From NCBI GenBank assembly GCA_963763535.1, contig CAVXOX010000005.1, forward strand, positions 479,823 through 543,822: a DNA stretch of 64,000 nt. The letters are read 5' to 3'. The notes under the pieces are model-generated. The model saw only the letters and a program-made list of their open reading frames with translations. It was not told the DNA's origin and ran no database searches. Below are positions 8,677 through 18,610 of this stretch, piece after piece. Each line of letters opens with the position of its first letter. Position 1 is the first letter of the stretch. This DNA is from an uncultured Acidobacteriota bacterium. Lineage in GTDB: Bacteria; Acidobacteriota; Thermoanaerobaculia; UBA5066; Gp7-AA6. The translations under genes were made by a program, and so were the position numbers.

Positions 8677-11490
8677 TTACGACCGGAGGATCCGCGGGGT
8701 GATGAAGATCAGCAGTTCGTCGTGCTTCTCGGTCCGGGTCTTGTTCTTGAAGAGGTTCCCGAGGACCGGGATCTGCCAGAGGCCCGGGATCATGTTGTAC
8801 TGGTCCTGGTCGTTGATCTGGAAGATGCCGCCGATGACGGTCGTCCCGCCGTCCTTGACGAGCACCTGACCGCGGTACTCCCGGATCGTCAGCGGGACGT
8901 TCTGGCCGAGCGCGAGATTCAGGGCGACCGCCGGCTCGCGCTTCATCACGTTGACGGTCAGCAGGATCGTCCCCTCGGCGGTGATCTGCGGCGTCACGTC
9001 GAGCTTCAGCGTAGCGTCGACGTAGATGACCGTCGTCGTGTTGTTGACGGTCGTCTGAACGGGGATCTGCACGCCCGACTGGATCAGCGCCGGCGTGTTC
9101 GTCAGCGAGGTGACCTTCGGCGACGAGATGATCTTCAGGAGGCCCTGGTTCTCGGCGGCGGTCAGCGCCATGTCGAGGTTGAAGGTGTTCAGGATGTTGC
9201 CGAGCACGAGCGACGCGACCGTCGGACCGTTGCCGAGACCGACGTTGAGGCCGCCCTTGATGCTGTTCGGGAAGATGAGGTTCGTCGTGTTGCCGGTCTC
9301 GTTGGTGGCCTTGCCCTGCACCTGCCAGTTGATGCCGAGGCTGCGGCCGAGGCTCTTCGTGGTCTCGACGATCCGCGACTCGATGACGACCTGGGGCGTC
9401 GCGGTGTCGAGGTTGTCGATCAGCTGCAGGACGGCCGGAAGATACGTCGGCGTCTCGCGGATGATCAGCGTGTTCGTCCGCTGGTCCACCACGATCGCCC
9501 CGCGCTTCGACATGACGCTCTGGAGGACCGGCACGATCTCGGCCGCCTTCGAGTAGGACAGCTTCTTGATGACCGTGCGGGTCGGCTCGGCGGCCTGGCG
9601 CGCCTCGGCGAGGCGGGCGCGGTCGCCCTCCTCCGCCTGGAGCTTCGAGGTCGTCGCGATCCGCATGATGTTGTTCTCGAGCACATAGCCGAGGCTGTTC
9701 TGCTTCAGGATCAGATCGAGCGCCTGGTCCCAGGGCACGTCCTCGAGCTGGACCGTGACGGTGCCGCGCACGTCGGGGTCGATGACGATGTTCAGGCCCG
9801 TCAGCTGCGAGATCGTGCGGAAGACGTCCTTGATGTCGGCGTCCTTCAGGTCGAGGGAGATCGGCTCCCCCGTGAACTGGCTCGAGGCCTCGGGCAGGGT
9901 GCGCGAGCGGTACGCCTGGCCGCCGCCGGCGGCGGGCTGCTGCGCCTGCTCCTGGTCGAGCTGCGCGGCCGCCGCCTCGAAGAGGGCGTCCCCGCGGGAG
10001 GACGTGGATTTGGGCGAAGTCTTCGACGCGGGCGCCTTCGGTGCGGGCGCCGGAGCGGCGTGAGCGGCCGCGGGCGGAGCGGTGACCGGGGCGGGTGAAG
10101 CCGCATGGGTTTCCGCCGACGCCGGAGGAGCGGACGGAGGCGCGGGTTTCGGCGATTCGACGGGCGCCGGCGCAACCGCCGGGTGATTCCCGGCCGGAGC
10201 GGAAGCGGGCGTCTCGGCGGCGGCCGTGGCCGTCGCGGGCGGCTCGACAGGGGGCTTCGCGGCGGGCGCGGGCTCGTTGGCGGCGGCGATCTGGACGGGC
10301 GCGGGCTCGGCGACCATGGTCGAGGGCGCCGGCTTCTCGGCCACCGCGTTCGAGGTGGACGCCGAAAGCGGAGCGGCCGGGACCGGCGCGGGCTCGGCGG
10401 TGGCGGGCGCGGAAGCGGCGGCCGCCATCGGCTCGGCGCTCGGGGTCTCCGCCACGTGGGCCGGTTCGGCCGGTGCGGTGGGCGTCTGGCCCACCACGAC
10501 GGCAAGGCGCTCGCCATCCGGCACGAGAACGTGCGGCATCGGACGCGCGAGGTCGACGACCACGCGCGTCACGTACTCGGGAGTCGTCTGGAACTGCGAG
10601 ATGCGCACGCGGGAGACGACCTCGTCCTTCACGGCGATCGTGCGCTGACGGACCTCGTTTCGGACTCCGGGCAGGTCGATGACGATGCGCGGCGGATTGG
10701 CCAGCGCGAAGTCCTTCGCGCTGAACCATCCATCGCCCACGAGCACGATCGCGACGCGGCCGTCCCGCGTCTCGGCCGCAACGGTCTCGAGCGCGTGGGC
10801 GGCCTCGCCGCGAACGGTCGGGGCGGGCGCGATGGAGGCCGAGGCGGCCGGCGTCGGGGGGACGGCGGGAGCCGGAGCCGTCTGAGCGGTCGCGAGCGGC
10901 TGGCTCTCGACCTTCGTCGCCGCGGCGGGAGTCTCGGAGGGTTCCGCCTCGGCCGTCTGCGTCGGCCCGGTGAACGCGATCGCGAGGCCCTGTCCGACGG
11001 AGCGCAGGTCGACCTTCGCGTCGGGGTTGTGCGTGATCGAGAGACGGGTCACCTTCTTGCCGAGATCGTCGAGCTCCTCGAACTTGATCGATTCGACGGC
11101 GCCGCCGGCCTTCGGCGTGGCGACGTCGGAAGCGACGGAGGCGTCACGCAGGTCGACGACCAGCAGATTGGGACGCGGCTCGTACGACGTGTACAGGAGG
11201 GGCGCCGTCGCCGAGAGAACCAGGCGGGCGCCGTCGGCATCTTCGTTGAAAGCGGCGCCGGTGATCTTTGCCGACGCGGGGGCGGGCTTCGTCGCGGCGG
11301 TGGATGGCGCGGCCGGCGCCGGAGAGGACGCCGCCGCCGTCGCGGCGCCGTGCGTCCCGTGCCCCGCCGAGGAGCACCCCACGGCGGCAGCCCACACGAG
11401 CGCGAGCGCCGTGGCCGTCGCGGTTCCTCTTACTGCCATTCGCATCGTTCCTCCCGTCGCGCGGAATGCCTCGATCGCCGAAAGCCTCAT
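8677..11490 (-). CDS. pilQ: Type IV pilus secretin PilQ with N-terminal AMIN domains
   Basis: C-terminal secretin domain (VIESRIVETTKSLGRSLGINWQ..., LLIFITPRILRS). N-terminal AMIN-like repeats and Ala/Pro-rich linkers. The start at 11490 is ATGA-coupled to the pilP stop. An alternative start is the MRMAVRG codon at 11445. Confidence 0.9.
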   Translation of the reverse strand: MRLSAIEAFRATGGTMRMAVRGTATATALALVWAAAVGCSSAGHGTHGAATAAASSPAPAAPSTAATKPAPASAKITGAAFNEDADGARLVLSATAPLLYTSYEPRPNLLVVDLRDASVASDVATPKAGGAVESIKFEELDDLGKKVTRLSITHNPDAKVDLRSVGQGLAIAFTGPTQTAEAEPSETPAAATKVESQPLATAQTAPAPAVPPTPAASASIAPAPTVRGEAAHALETVAAETRDGRVAIVLVGDGWFSAKDFALANPPRIVIDLPGVRNEVRQRTIAVKDEVVSRVRISQFQTTPEYVTRVVVDLARPMPHVLVPDGERLAVVVGQTPTAPAEPAHVAETPSAEPMAAAASAPATAEPAPVPAAPLSASTSNAVAEKPAPSTMVAEPAPVQIAAANEPAPAAKPPVEPPATATAAAETPASAPAGNHPAVAPAPVESPKPAPPSAPPASAETHAASPAPVTAPPAAAHAAPAPAPKAPASKTSPKSTSSRGDALFEAAAAQLDQEQAQQPAAGGGQAYRSRTLPEASSQFTGEPISLDLKDADIKDVFRTISQLTGLNIVIDPDVRGTVTVQLEDVPWDQALDLILKQNSLGYVLENNIMRIATTSKLQAEEGDRARLAEARQAAEPTRTVIKKLSYSKAAEIVPVLQSVMSKRGAIVVDQRTNTLIIRETPTYLPAVLQLIDNLDTATPQVVIESRIVETTKSLGRSLGINWQVQGKATNETGNTTNLIFPNSIKGGLNVGLGNGPTVASLVLGNILNTFNLDMALTAAENQGLLKIISSPKVTSLTNTPALIQSGVQIPVQTTVNNTTTVIYVDATLKLDVTPQITAEGTILLTVNVMKREPAVALNLALGQNVPLTIREYRGQVLVKDGGTTVIGGIFQINDQDQYNMIPGLWQIPVLGNLFKNKTRTEKHDELLIFITPRILRS

Positions 11491-12008
11491 GGCTTGACCG
11501 TCGCGTTGAGCTGCTTGGTCACTTCCCGGAACGGCTTCACGCTCTGCGGATCGTTGATGTTCTGCCGGAAGACGATCTCGTTCGGAGCCACGCGCACGAC
11601 CTCGCCGTCGTAGAGCAGGTCGCCGGCGCGGATCAGGTAGCTCTTGTTGTCGGTCGCGCGGATCTGGGCGACGAAACCGGCCTTCGTCTTCCAGATGCCG
11701 TGCACGACGAGGTCGTCGATCGAGATCCCCGCGATGCCCGGCGGCCGCTCGACGCCGCCCTTGTGCTGCTCGCGCACGAGAAGCGAGCGGAAGGGATCCC
11801 GGCGGCCGGCGGGGTCGTACGAGTACGCGCGTCCCGCGAGCGCCGACTCTTCCTGCTCGATCAGCGACTGGCCCGGCGATTCCGGAACCGGCGCGATGAC
11901 GGCGGCCGGCTTCGTCGGCTCCGGCGTGGGCGCGGCCGCCGCCTGTCCGAGGGCGGAAACAGAGAGCGCCCCGAGAAGAGCGATCGAGAGCAGAGCGTCG
12001 CGTCTCAT
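11487..12008 (-). CDS. pilP: Type IV pilus assembly protein PilP
   Basis: 173-aa C-terminal segment of listed ORF 11487..13382. It has the signal peptide MRRDALLSIALLGALSVSA and a PilP beta-domain. The upstream part of that ORF is off-frame noise overlapping pilO/pilN. Confidence 0.8.
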   Translation of the reverse strand: MRRDALLSIALLGALSVSALGQAAAAPTPEPTKPAAVIAPVPESPGQSLIEQEESALAGRAYSYDPAGRRDPFRSLLVREQHKGGVERPPGIAGISIDDLVVHGIWKTKAGFVAQIRATDNKSYLIRAGDLLYDGEVVRVAPNEIVFRQNINDPQSVKPFREVTKQLNATVKP

Positions 12009-12706
12009 TCGACCCCCTTGCCCTCGGCGCGTTCCTTCAGGGTCTGCGCGCTCTTGGCCGCCGGCGGCCCCTTGCCCGGGGTCGTGGCGGGGGTGCCCGT
12101 GGCCGGCGCATTGCCGCCGGCGGCGGTCGTCTGACCGACCTCGTCGCCCGTGTAGATGAACGTCTTCGCGATGAAGTTCGCCGCGATCGACTTGCCGGGC
12201 ACGTTGTCGAGCGCGCCGACCTTCATCTCCTCGATGTTGATGATGCGCGAGAAGCGGCTCATGCGGTCGAAGAAGAGAGCCAGGTTGTGGTACGTGCCCT
12301 GGATCTGGATGTCGATCGGCCACTCCGCGTAGAAGTCCTTCTGGACGAACTCGCCGGGAGTGAACTTCAGCAGCGTGAAGTCGCCCTGCCGCGTCAGCGT
12401 CTCGATGCGCTTGATGAGCTCCTCGGTGTTGCGCTTCGAAGGGAGGATCTGGAGGAGCTTCGAGAGCTCGAGCTCGAGGCGCTTGACCTCCTCGCGGAAC
12501 TGCGAAAGCTTGCGCTCGGCCGCCCGGCCCTTCTGGATTTCCTGGTTCAGTCCCTCGAGCTCGGTCCTCTTGGACGCGATCTGCTCCTGCATCGGCTTGA
12601 GCCAGAACCAGTGCGTGACCCCGGCGAGGAGGATGCCGACGCCGAGACCCACGCCGAGGGCGTAGTACCAGGGCTTCTCCTCGATGTTGACGCCGAACAT
12701 GGCCAT
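12005..12706 (-). CDS. pilO: Type IV pilus assembly protein PilO
   Basis: N-terminal TM helix followed by a coiled coil and a PilO domain. Overlaps pilP by ATGA. Confidence 0.85.
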   Translation of the reverse strand: MAMFGVNIEEKPWYYALGVGLGVGILLAGVTHWFWLKPMQEQIASKRTELEGLNQEIQKGRAAERKLSQFREEVKRLELELSKLLQILPSKRNTEELIKRIETLTRQGDFTLLKFTPGEFVQKDFYAEWPIDIQIQGTYHNLALFFDRMSRFSRIINIEEMKVGALDNVPGKSIAANFIAKTFIYTGDEVGQTTAAGGNAPATGTPATTPGKGPPAAKSAQTLKERAEGKGVE

Positions 12707-12709
12707 GGC

Positions 12710-13366
12710 TCAGGCCCCCGGCTTTCCGGCCGCGGCGCGGCCGCGTGGTCCCGCGGGCTTCGGGCCGGTCGAGGTCGTCGCGGCGCCCGCTTCGCCCGCG
12801 GGGCGGCCGTTCGTGAAGATGACCGTCATTTCCCAGTTGTAGATGCCCTGCGGCCCGGCCTCGCGCCCGAGATTCTTGAAGACGGGCTCGGCGAAGAACG
12901 GGCTCTTCTTCAGATTCTCGAGGTAGGTCGCGACCGCGTTCGGCGACAGGGTCTTCCCCTTCAGGGTCATCAGGTTGCCCTGGACCTGGAGTTCGGTCAG
13001 CCACACGAGGTCGGGCAGCGCCTTGGAGACCTCGTCCATCAACCGGACGGGGCCGCGCTGGTTCGTCTTGAGGTTGTTGATGAGCGCGATCTTCTCTTCG
13101 AGGCTCTTCTTCTTGTCCTCGTAGCTCTTGACCTCGTCGATGATCGACTTCAGGCGCGCGACTTCCTCCCGCGCCTTGCCGATCTCCTCGTCGAGACGGC
13201 GGCGCCGGGACATCAGCACGAAACCCATCGTCGCGATGTAGAGGACGCCGAGGAGGATGCCGCCGACGAGAATGAGGTTGTTGAGCTTCGCCCCGGTCGG
13301 AAGGGCCGGCCCCTTCTTCTTGGCAGCGGCCGCCCTGGCCTCGGTGAGGAGATTGATCCTGATCAA
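12710..13366 (-). CDS. pilN: Type IV pilus assembly protein PilN
   Basis: Begins (L/M)IRINLLTE from a TTG start that overlaps the pilM stop (TTGA). TM helix plus PilN domain. Confidence 0.85.
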   Translation of the reverse strand: MIRINLLTEARAAAAKKKGPALPTGAKLNNLILVGGILLGVLYIATMGFVLMSRRRRLDEEIGKAREEVARLKSIIDEVKSYEDKKKSLEEKIALINNLKTNQRGPVRLMDEVSKALPDLVWLTELQVQGNLMTLKGKTLSPNAVATYLENLKKSPFFAEPVFKNLGREAGPQGIYNWEMTVIFTNGRPAGEAGAATTSTGPKPAGPRGRAAAGKPGA

Positions 13367-14424
13367 GCCGCTTCGTCCCCAACGTGGCGGATGGCGAGGC
13401 CGACCGCGACGGCCAGGCTGGGCGCGTTCTCCGTCAGCCACTCACCCGAAACGGATGCGCCCGCCACGTCGATTTGACGGAACGGGTTCAGGATCTCCAC
13501 GGGTATGCCGAACCGTTCCTTCAGCTGCGTGTCGAGGTTGACGATGCGCGAAGAGCCTCCGGAGATGAAGAGCTGATCGATCTTCTCGGTCGACGTCGTC
13601 GCGAGGAAGAAGTCGAAGGTCTTCTGGAGCTCCTGGGCGAGATCGTCGGACACCGACCGGAGGATCGGCAGGATGTCCTGCAGCGACTGCTCGCCCGTCT
13701 TCTCGCCCTTCTTCAGGCTCTCGGCCTGGTCGAAGGAGAGCGAGAGCTGCTTCTGGATCGCGTCGGTGTACTGGTTGCCGCCGAACGAGATGTCGCGCCA
13801 GAAGATCGTGTTGGAGCCGGACAGGATGTTGACGTTGGTGACCGAGGCTCCGATGTTCACGAGCGCGACGACGCGGCCGGGCTCGACGGGGTAGTTCGCC
13901 TCGTAGGCGTTCTGGAGCGCGAAGGCGTCGACATCGACGAGGAGCGGCGTCTTCCCGGCCTGCGAGATGACGCTCGTGTAGTCCGAGATCTTGTCCTTCT
14001 TGACCGCGACGAGGAGGACGTCCATCGTCTCGCCCCCGCCCGCTTCCAGAACGACGTAATCGAGGTTGACGTCGTTGATGTCGAACGGCACGTACTGCTC
14101 GGCCTCCCAGCGGATCGACTCCGCCAGCTCCTCGGGGGACATGGCCGGGAGCGAGATCTTCTTGATGATGACGGAGTGTCCCGAGAGGGAGGTCCCGAAG
14201 TCGGTATTACGGACGTTCAACGAGGAAACGAGCCGGTTGACGGTGTCGACCACCAGCGAGGAGTCCATGATGGCGCCGTCGACGATGGCCTCCGGGGAGA
14301 GGGTCTCGAGGCCCGTCTTCAAAAGCCTGAACCCACCGGCCTTGGCGTCCTTCAGCTCAACGAGCTTGACGGCCGAGGATCCGATGTCCAGACCTACCAG
14401 GTTTTTGGTCTTTCTGAACAACAC
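13363..14424 (-). CDS. pilM: Type IV pilus assembly ATPase-like protein PilM
   Basis: MLFRKTKNLVGLDIGSSAVKLVEL..., actin-like PilM fold over 353 aa. Confidence 0.9.
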   Translation of the reverse strand: MLFRKTKNLVGLDIGSSAVKLVELKDAKAGGFRLLKTGLETLSPEAIVDGAIMDSSLVVDTVNRLVSSLNVRNTDFGTSLSGHSVIIKKISLPAMSPEELAESIRWEAEQYVPFDINDVNLDYVVLEAGGGETMDVLLVAVKKDKISDYTSVISQAGKTPLLVDVDAFALQNAYEANYPVEPGRVVALVNIGASVTNVNILSGSNTIFWRDISFGGNQYTDAIQKQLSLSFDQAESLKKGEKTGEQSLQDILPILRSVSDDLAQELQKTFDFFLATTSTEKIDQLFISGGSSRIVNLDTQLKERFGIPVEILNPFRQIDVAGASVSGEWLTENAPSLAVAVGLAIRHVGDEAA

Positions 14425-14677
14425 GCTAACGCCCTACCGAAAAAAGAAAGACGGTTATGGGCTTTGACCTTTGGTATTTCGGCTGGTTGCCAAAATAGCA
14501 AAAGGTTATTCCGTAGTCAAGGGATTGAACCCGCGAAACCGTACTTCCTGCAAAGACTTAAGCCAAACGGACAGGTGCGCGAGGTCACGGACAGCTGTTC
14601 TTCCTTGTTGGACTTTCGGAACGATGGTAGGCTCCGCGGGTTTTTTCGGCCGCGATGGTCAGACAGACAGGAGTCCC

Positions 14678-14890
14678 ATGGCTCAGCAATGCGAGTTCTG
14701 CGGGAAGAAGCCGATGAGCGGCCACCGCGTCAGCCACGCCCACAACGTCACGAACCGCAAGTGGAACGTGAACTTGAAGAGCGTGCACGCGACCGTCGGA
14801 GGCGTTCGCCGCAAGGTTTCGGCCTGCACCCGTTGCATTCGGACGGGGAAGGTCACGAAGGCGAGCCCGAGGAAGCGACCAGCGGCGTAA
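14678..14890 (+). CDS. rpmB: 50S ribosomal protein L28
   Basis: MAQQCEFCGKKPMSGHRVSHAHNVTNRKWNVNLK... GGAG-type RBS ~8 nt upstream. The first 69 codons of listed ORF 14471..14890 are leader, not coding. Confidence 0.9.
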   Translation: MAQQCEFCGKKPMSGHRVSHAHNVTNRKWNVNLKSVHATVGGVRRKVSACTRCIRTGKVTKASPRKRPAA

Positions 14891-14907
14891 GGCGCCGCGT
14901 GTCGGCG

Positions 14908-14941
14908 GTCATCCCGAGGAGCGAGAGCGACGAGGGATCCC
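14908..14941. repeat. Single copy of the GTCATCCCGAG-N12-CGAGGGATCCC intergenic repeat unit
   Basis: gtcatcccgaggagcgagagcgacgagggatccc between convergent rpmB and rel. Same family as the repeats at 36875, 41372 and 46372. Confidence 0.6.
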
Positions 14942-14974
14942 GCCGTGGGAGGCGCGACGGCTACGCGCCGCGCG

Positions 14975-17158
14975 TCACTCCCTCTCTCCCGCCTTCGGCA
15001 CGTTGTACTTCCGGATCACGTCCCGCACGCCCGCGACGGAGCGGATGCGGCCGAGGATCTTCTCGAGCTGCTTCAAGTCGGAGGTCTCGAGCGACACGCT
15101 CACGTAGCCTTCGCCCGCCTCGCCGACCCGCGCCTCGATCCGACGGATGTTCGAGCCCTCCCCCGCGATCGCCTGGGTCACGTCCGCGAGAAGGCCTGGA
15201 CGGTCGTCCGCCACGACCTCGAGCTCGATGCCGTAGGAGGACCTCTTCTCGCCGGCCCAGGCCACGTCGATGCGCCGCTCGGGGTCGTACAACAGGTTCT
15301 TCACGTTCGGGCAGCTCTCCGAGTGGACCGACACGCCCCGTCCACGCGTGATGTAGCCGACGATCTTTTCGCCGGGAACGGGGTTGCAGCACTTCGCGAG
15401 CGCCGCCAGCAGGTCGTTGTGGCCGACGACCGCAATGTCCGGCACTCCGAACGGCAGGATCTTGCGGACGACGCGCGTGACCGCGGACTCCTTCTTCTCG
15501 GGCTCGCCGCGGGCGAGCTCCTCTGCGGGCACGAACCGCTCGATGGCGGCGCGCGGCGCGAGCTTGCCGTATCCGATCGCGGCGTACAGGTCGTCCGGCT
15601 TCGTGAACCCCCACTGGGAGAGCTCGCGCTGCAGGTGTCCCTCGGATTCGAGCTTCTTGACGGTGCGACGGAACTTCTTCAGCTCCCGCTCGAGGAGCCG
15701 CCGGCCGAGCTCGACGGCCTGCCGCTTCTCCTCCTCGTGGATGAAGTGGCGGATCTTGTGGCGGGCCCGGCTCGTCGCGACCGAGGAGAGCCAGTCGCGC
15801 GACGGCACCTGGTTCGCCGCGGTCAGGATCTCGACGATGTCGCCGTTCGTGAGCGGCGTCCGCAGAGGGACGAGCTTGCCGTTGACGCGGGCGCCCACGC
15901 AGCGGTGTCCGACGTCCGTGTGGACGCGGTAGGCGAAATCGATCGGCGTCGCGCCGCGCGGGAAGGCGAAGACCTCGCCCTTCGGCGTGAAGGTGTAGAC
16001 CTCGTCGGGATAGAGGTCCACCTTGAGCGAGGACAGGAACTGCCGGGGGTCCGAGACCTCGCTCTGCCAGTCGACGAGCTGCCGGAGCCACTGGAACCGG
16101 GCGTCGTCGGCGTGCGGACCGATCCGCCCCTCCTTGTACTTCCAGTGCGCCGCGATGCCCCGCTCCGCGATCAGATCCATTTCGCGCGTCCGGATCTGGA
16201 TCTCGAAGGGCTGCCCGGTCTCGCCCATGACGGTCGTGTGCAGCGACTGGTAGAAGTTCGGCTTCGGCATGGCGACGTAGTCCTTGATGCGTCCGGGGAC
16301 CGGCCGCCACAGCTGATGCACCATGCCGAGGGTCTCGTAGCAGTCGCGCGTCTCGGGGACCACGACCCGGAAGGCGAGGATGTCGTAGAGCTGGGCGGCG
16401 TCCACCCCCGTCCTTTTCATCTTCAGCCAGATCGAGTAGTACCGCTTCATGCGGCCCGAGACCTCCGCCGCGATGCCCGCGTCGGCCAGGCGCGCCTCGA
16501 TCCGCCGCCGCACGTCGCTGACCATGCCCTCCGACACCTTCATCCGCCGGGCCACCTCGCGGGCCACGCGCTCGTGCTCTTCCGGCTCCAGGTAGAGAAA
16601 AGAGAGATCCTCGAGCTCGCCCTTGACGCTCCCCATGCCGAGGCGATGGGCGATCGGCGCGTAGATGTCGAGGGTCTCGCGGGCGATCTCCCGCCGCCTG
16701 GCCTCCGGCAGGAACCCGAGCGTGCGCATGTTGTGGAGACGGTCGGCGAGCTTGACCATCACGATCCGGAGGTCGGAGACCATCGCGAGGATCATCTTGC
16801 GGAAGGTCTCGGCCTGCTCCTCCTCCCGCGAGACGTAGGAGAACTTCCCGATCTTCGTCAGGCCGTCGACGAGCTCGGCGACCTCCTGGCCGAACTGGCC
16901 GGCGATCGCCTCGCGGGTCGTCAGCGTGTCCTCGAGGACGTCGTGCAGGAGGCCCACGACGATCGAGACGTCGTCGGCCTTCAGGTCCGCCAGGATCGCG
17001 GCCACGTTCAGGGGATGGACGAGGTAGGGCTCGCCCGAGCGGCGGACCTGGCCCCGGTGCTCCTTGGCCGAGAAAACGTAAGCCCGCCGGAGCAGATCCT
17101 GGTCCGAGCCCGGGTTGTATGCCTCGACCTTCTCGAGGATTTCCTCGAAGTGGATCAT
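14975..17158 (-). CDS. rel: Bifunctional (p)ppGpp synthetase/hydrolase (RelA/SpoT homologue)
   Basis: HD hydrolase motifs (HPLNVA..., HDVLED), synthetase motifs, TGS and ACT regions. The start could also be 17194. Confidence 0.9.
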   Translation of the reverse strand: MIHFEEILEKVEAYNPGSDQDLLRRAYVFSAKEHRGQVRRSGEPYLVHPLNVAAILADLKADDVSIVVGLLHDVLEDTLTTREAIAGQFGQEVAELVDGLTKIGKFSYVSREEEQAETFRKMILAMVSDLRIVMVKLADRLHNMRTLGFLPEARRREIARETLDIYAPIAHRLGMGSVKGELEDLSFLYLEPEEHERVAREVARRMKVSEGMVSDVRRRIEARLADAGIAAEVSGRMKRYYSIWLKMKRTGVDAAQLYDILAFRVVVPETRDCYETLGMVHQLWRPVPGRIKDYVAMPKPNFYQSLHTTVMGETGQPFEIQIRTREMDLIAERGIAAHWKYKEGRIGPHADDARFQWLRQLVDWQSEVSDPRQFLSSLKVDLYPDEVYTFTPKGEVFAFPRGATPIDFAYRVHTDVGHRCVGARVNGKLVPLRTPLTNGDIVEILTAANQVPSRDWLSSVATSRARHKIRHFIHEEEKRQAVELGRRLLERELKKFRRTVKKLESEGHLQRELSQWGFTKPDDLYAAIGYGKLAPRAAIERFVPAEELARGEPEKKESAVTRVVRKILPFGVPDIAVVGHNDLLAALAKCCNPVPGEKIVGYITRGRGVSVHSESCPNVKNLLYDPERRIDVAWAGEKRSSYGIELEVVADDRPGLLADVTQAIAGEGSNIRRIEARVGEAGEGYVSVSLETSDLKQLEKILGRIRSVAGVRDVIRKYNVPKAGERE

Positions 17159-17341
17159 GCCGGTTAAAGGGTACACCGCCGAATTGGCTCGCACCGTGGC
17201 GAAGCGTTGAGCGCGGCGAGCGACAGAGGCAGGACTCGCCTCTTACGTCAGGGAATCCTCCTTGGGAGAGGAGGCTCGAGCGGCTTCCCCGCTCTCTCTC
17301 CGGTCGGGCCGCGAGGCGGCCCGCTCAGGATCCGAGACGAT

Positions 17342-18598
17342 TCAGCGCTTCTGCTTCTTCTTCCGGGGGGCGTTCGCCGGGGCGGCGGGGGCCGTCGCCG
17401 CGGGAACGGCGGGCACCGGCGCCGCCGGCACCGCGGCGAGCTTGCGGCGGCTCTTGAAGTCCTTCCAGATGACGACGATCGGCGCCGCGACGTAGATCGA
17501 CGAATAGGTGCCGATGATGATGCCGATGATGAGCGTCAGGGCGAACGTGTGGAGCACCTCGCCGCCGAGAAAGAACAGCGCGAGGACGACGAGCATCGTC
17601 GCTCCGGCCGTCAGGATCGTCCGCGAGAGCGTCTGGTTGATCGACCGATTGATGACCGCCTCGAGGGACTCCTTCTTCGGCGTCTTCTGGTTCTCGCGCA
17701 CCCGGTCGTACACGACGACGGTGTCGTTCATCGAGTAGCCGATGAGCGTCAGAATCGCCGCCACCACGACCAGGTTGAACTCACGGCCCAGCATGGCGAG
17801 CAGGCCCACCGTGATCAGCGTGTCGTGAATCAGGGCGACGACCGCGCCGACGCCGAAGGGCAGGGACCGGAACCGGAAGGCGATGTAGACCAGCATCCCC
17901 AGGGATGACAGCACGATGGCGTAGAGCGCCTTCTTCTGCAGGTCCGCGCCCACCTGGGGACCCACGTTCTCGGCCGAGAGGAGCACGAAGGGACCGGCGA
18001 ACGTGCTCGACTGGACCCAGGCCTTCACTCCCGGCGAGATGCCCTCGACGGCGTTGACGTCGGCCGGCGAGCGGAAGAGACCGAGGCGCGACCGCTGCGC
18101 GATGATCCGCTCCGCCGCCTGCGTGTAGTAGTCGCCGGGATTGACGTCGGGCCGGCCGGCGACCTTGTCGGGATCCGCCGAGGCGAGGCGCGCGCCGAGC
18201 GTTCCCTTGCCCTCCGCGTTGAGGTCGATCTTGGAGGGATCGGCCGGCGAGGCGAGCCCGGCGCGCAGGGACCGGAGGACGTCGCCCGCGACGTCGCGGC
18301 CTTCCTTCTTCTGCTGCTGGACCCGGATCAGGACCTCGTTCTTCTGGGCCTCCTCGTAGCGCTGGATGCCGATCTCGCCGAGGCCCGCGCCGTCCAGGAT
18401 CTTCCGCACGTGATCCACGTCGGGACGCTCGGCGAACCGCACCGCGATCGCGGTGCCGCCGGAGAAGTCGATCCCGAACTTCAGGCCCTTCTGGACGAAG
18501 ATCGTGACCAGCCCGAGCCCGATCAGAGCCCAGGAGAGGCCGATGGCCCACCACTTGTACTTCAGGAAGTCGATGTTGGTCTGGCGAAAGAATTCCAT
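17342..18598 (-). CDS. secF: Protein translocase subunit SecF
   Basis: Six TM helices plus SecF signatures. C-terminal Ala/Pro-rich tail. Confidence 0.9.
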   Translation of the reverse strand: MEFFRQTNIDFLKYKWWAIGLSWALIGLGLVTIFVQKGLKFGIDFSGGTAIAVRFAERPDVDHVRKILDGAGLGEIGIQRYEEAQKNEVLIRVQQQKKEGRDVAGDVLRSLRAGLASPADPSKIDLNAEGKGTLGARLASADPDKVAGRPDVNPGDYYTQAAERIIAQRSRLGLFRSPADVNAVEGISPGVKAWVQSSTFAGPFVLLSAENVGPQVGADLQKKALYAIVLSSLGMLVYIAFRFRSLPFGVGAVVALIHDTLITVGLLAMLGREFNLVVVAAILTLIGYSMNDTVVVYDRVRENQKTPKKESLEAVINRSINQTLSRTILTAGATMLVVLALFFLGGEVLHTFALTLIIGIIIGTYSSIYVAAPIVVIWKDFKSRRKLAAVPAAPVPAVPAATAPAAPANAPRKKKQKR

Positions 18599-18610
18599 CG
18601 TGCTCTCTAT

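Noticed and set aside
8401-11613. Large ORFs 8401..10098(+), 8660..10729(-) and 10105..11613(+) over the pilQ region
   Set aside because: Shadows of pilQ (8677..11490), whose secretin and AMIN homology is clear in a different frame.
14480-14580. Possible tRNA-like T-arm (gcgggttcaatccc) on the minus strand in the rpmB leader
   Set aside because: No acceptor stem or anticodon arm could be built around it, and the T-stem does not pair. Treated as leader sequence.
14945-17167. 740-aa plus-strand ORF and 449-aa minus-strand ORF over rel
   Set aside because: Off-frame to the RelA/SpoT homologue. No motifs and Arg/Asp/Gly-rich.
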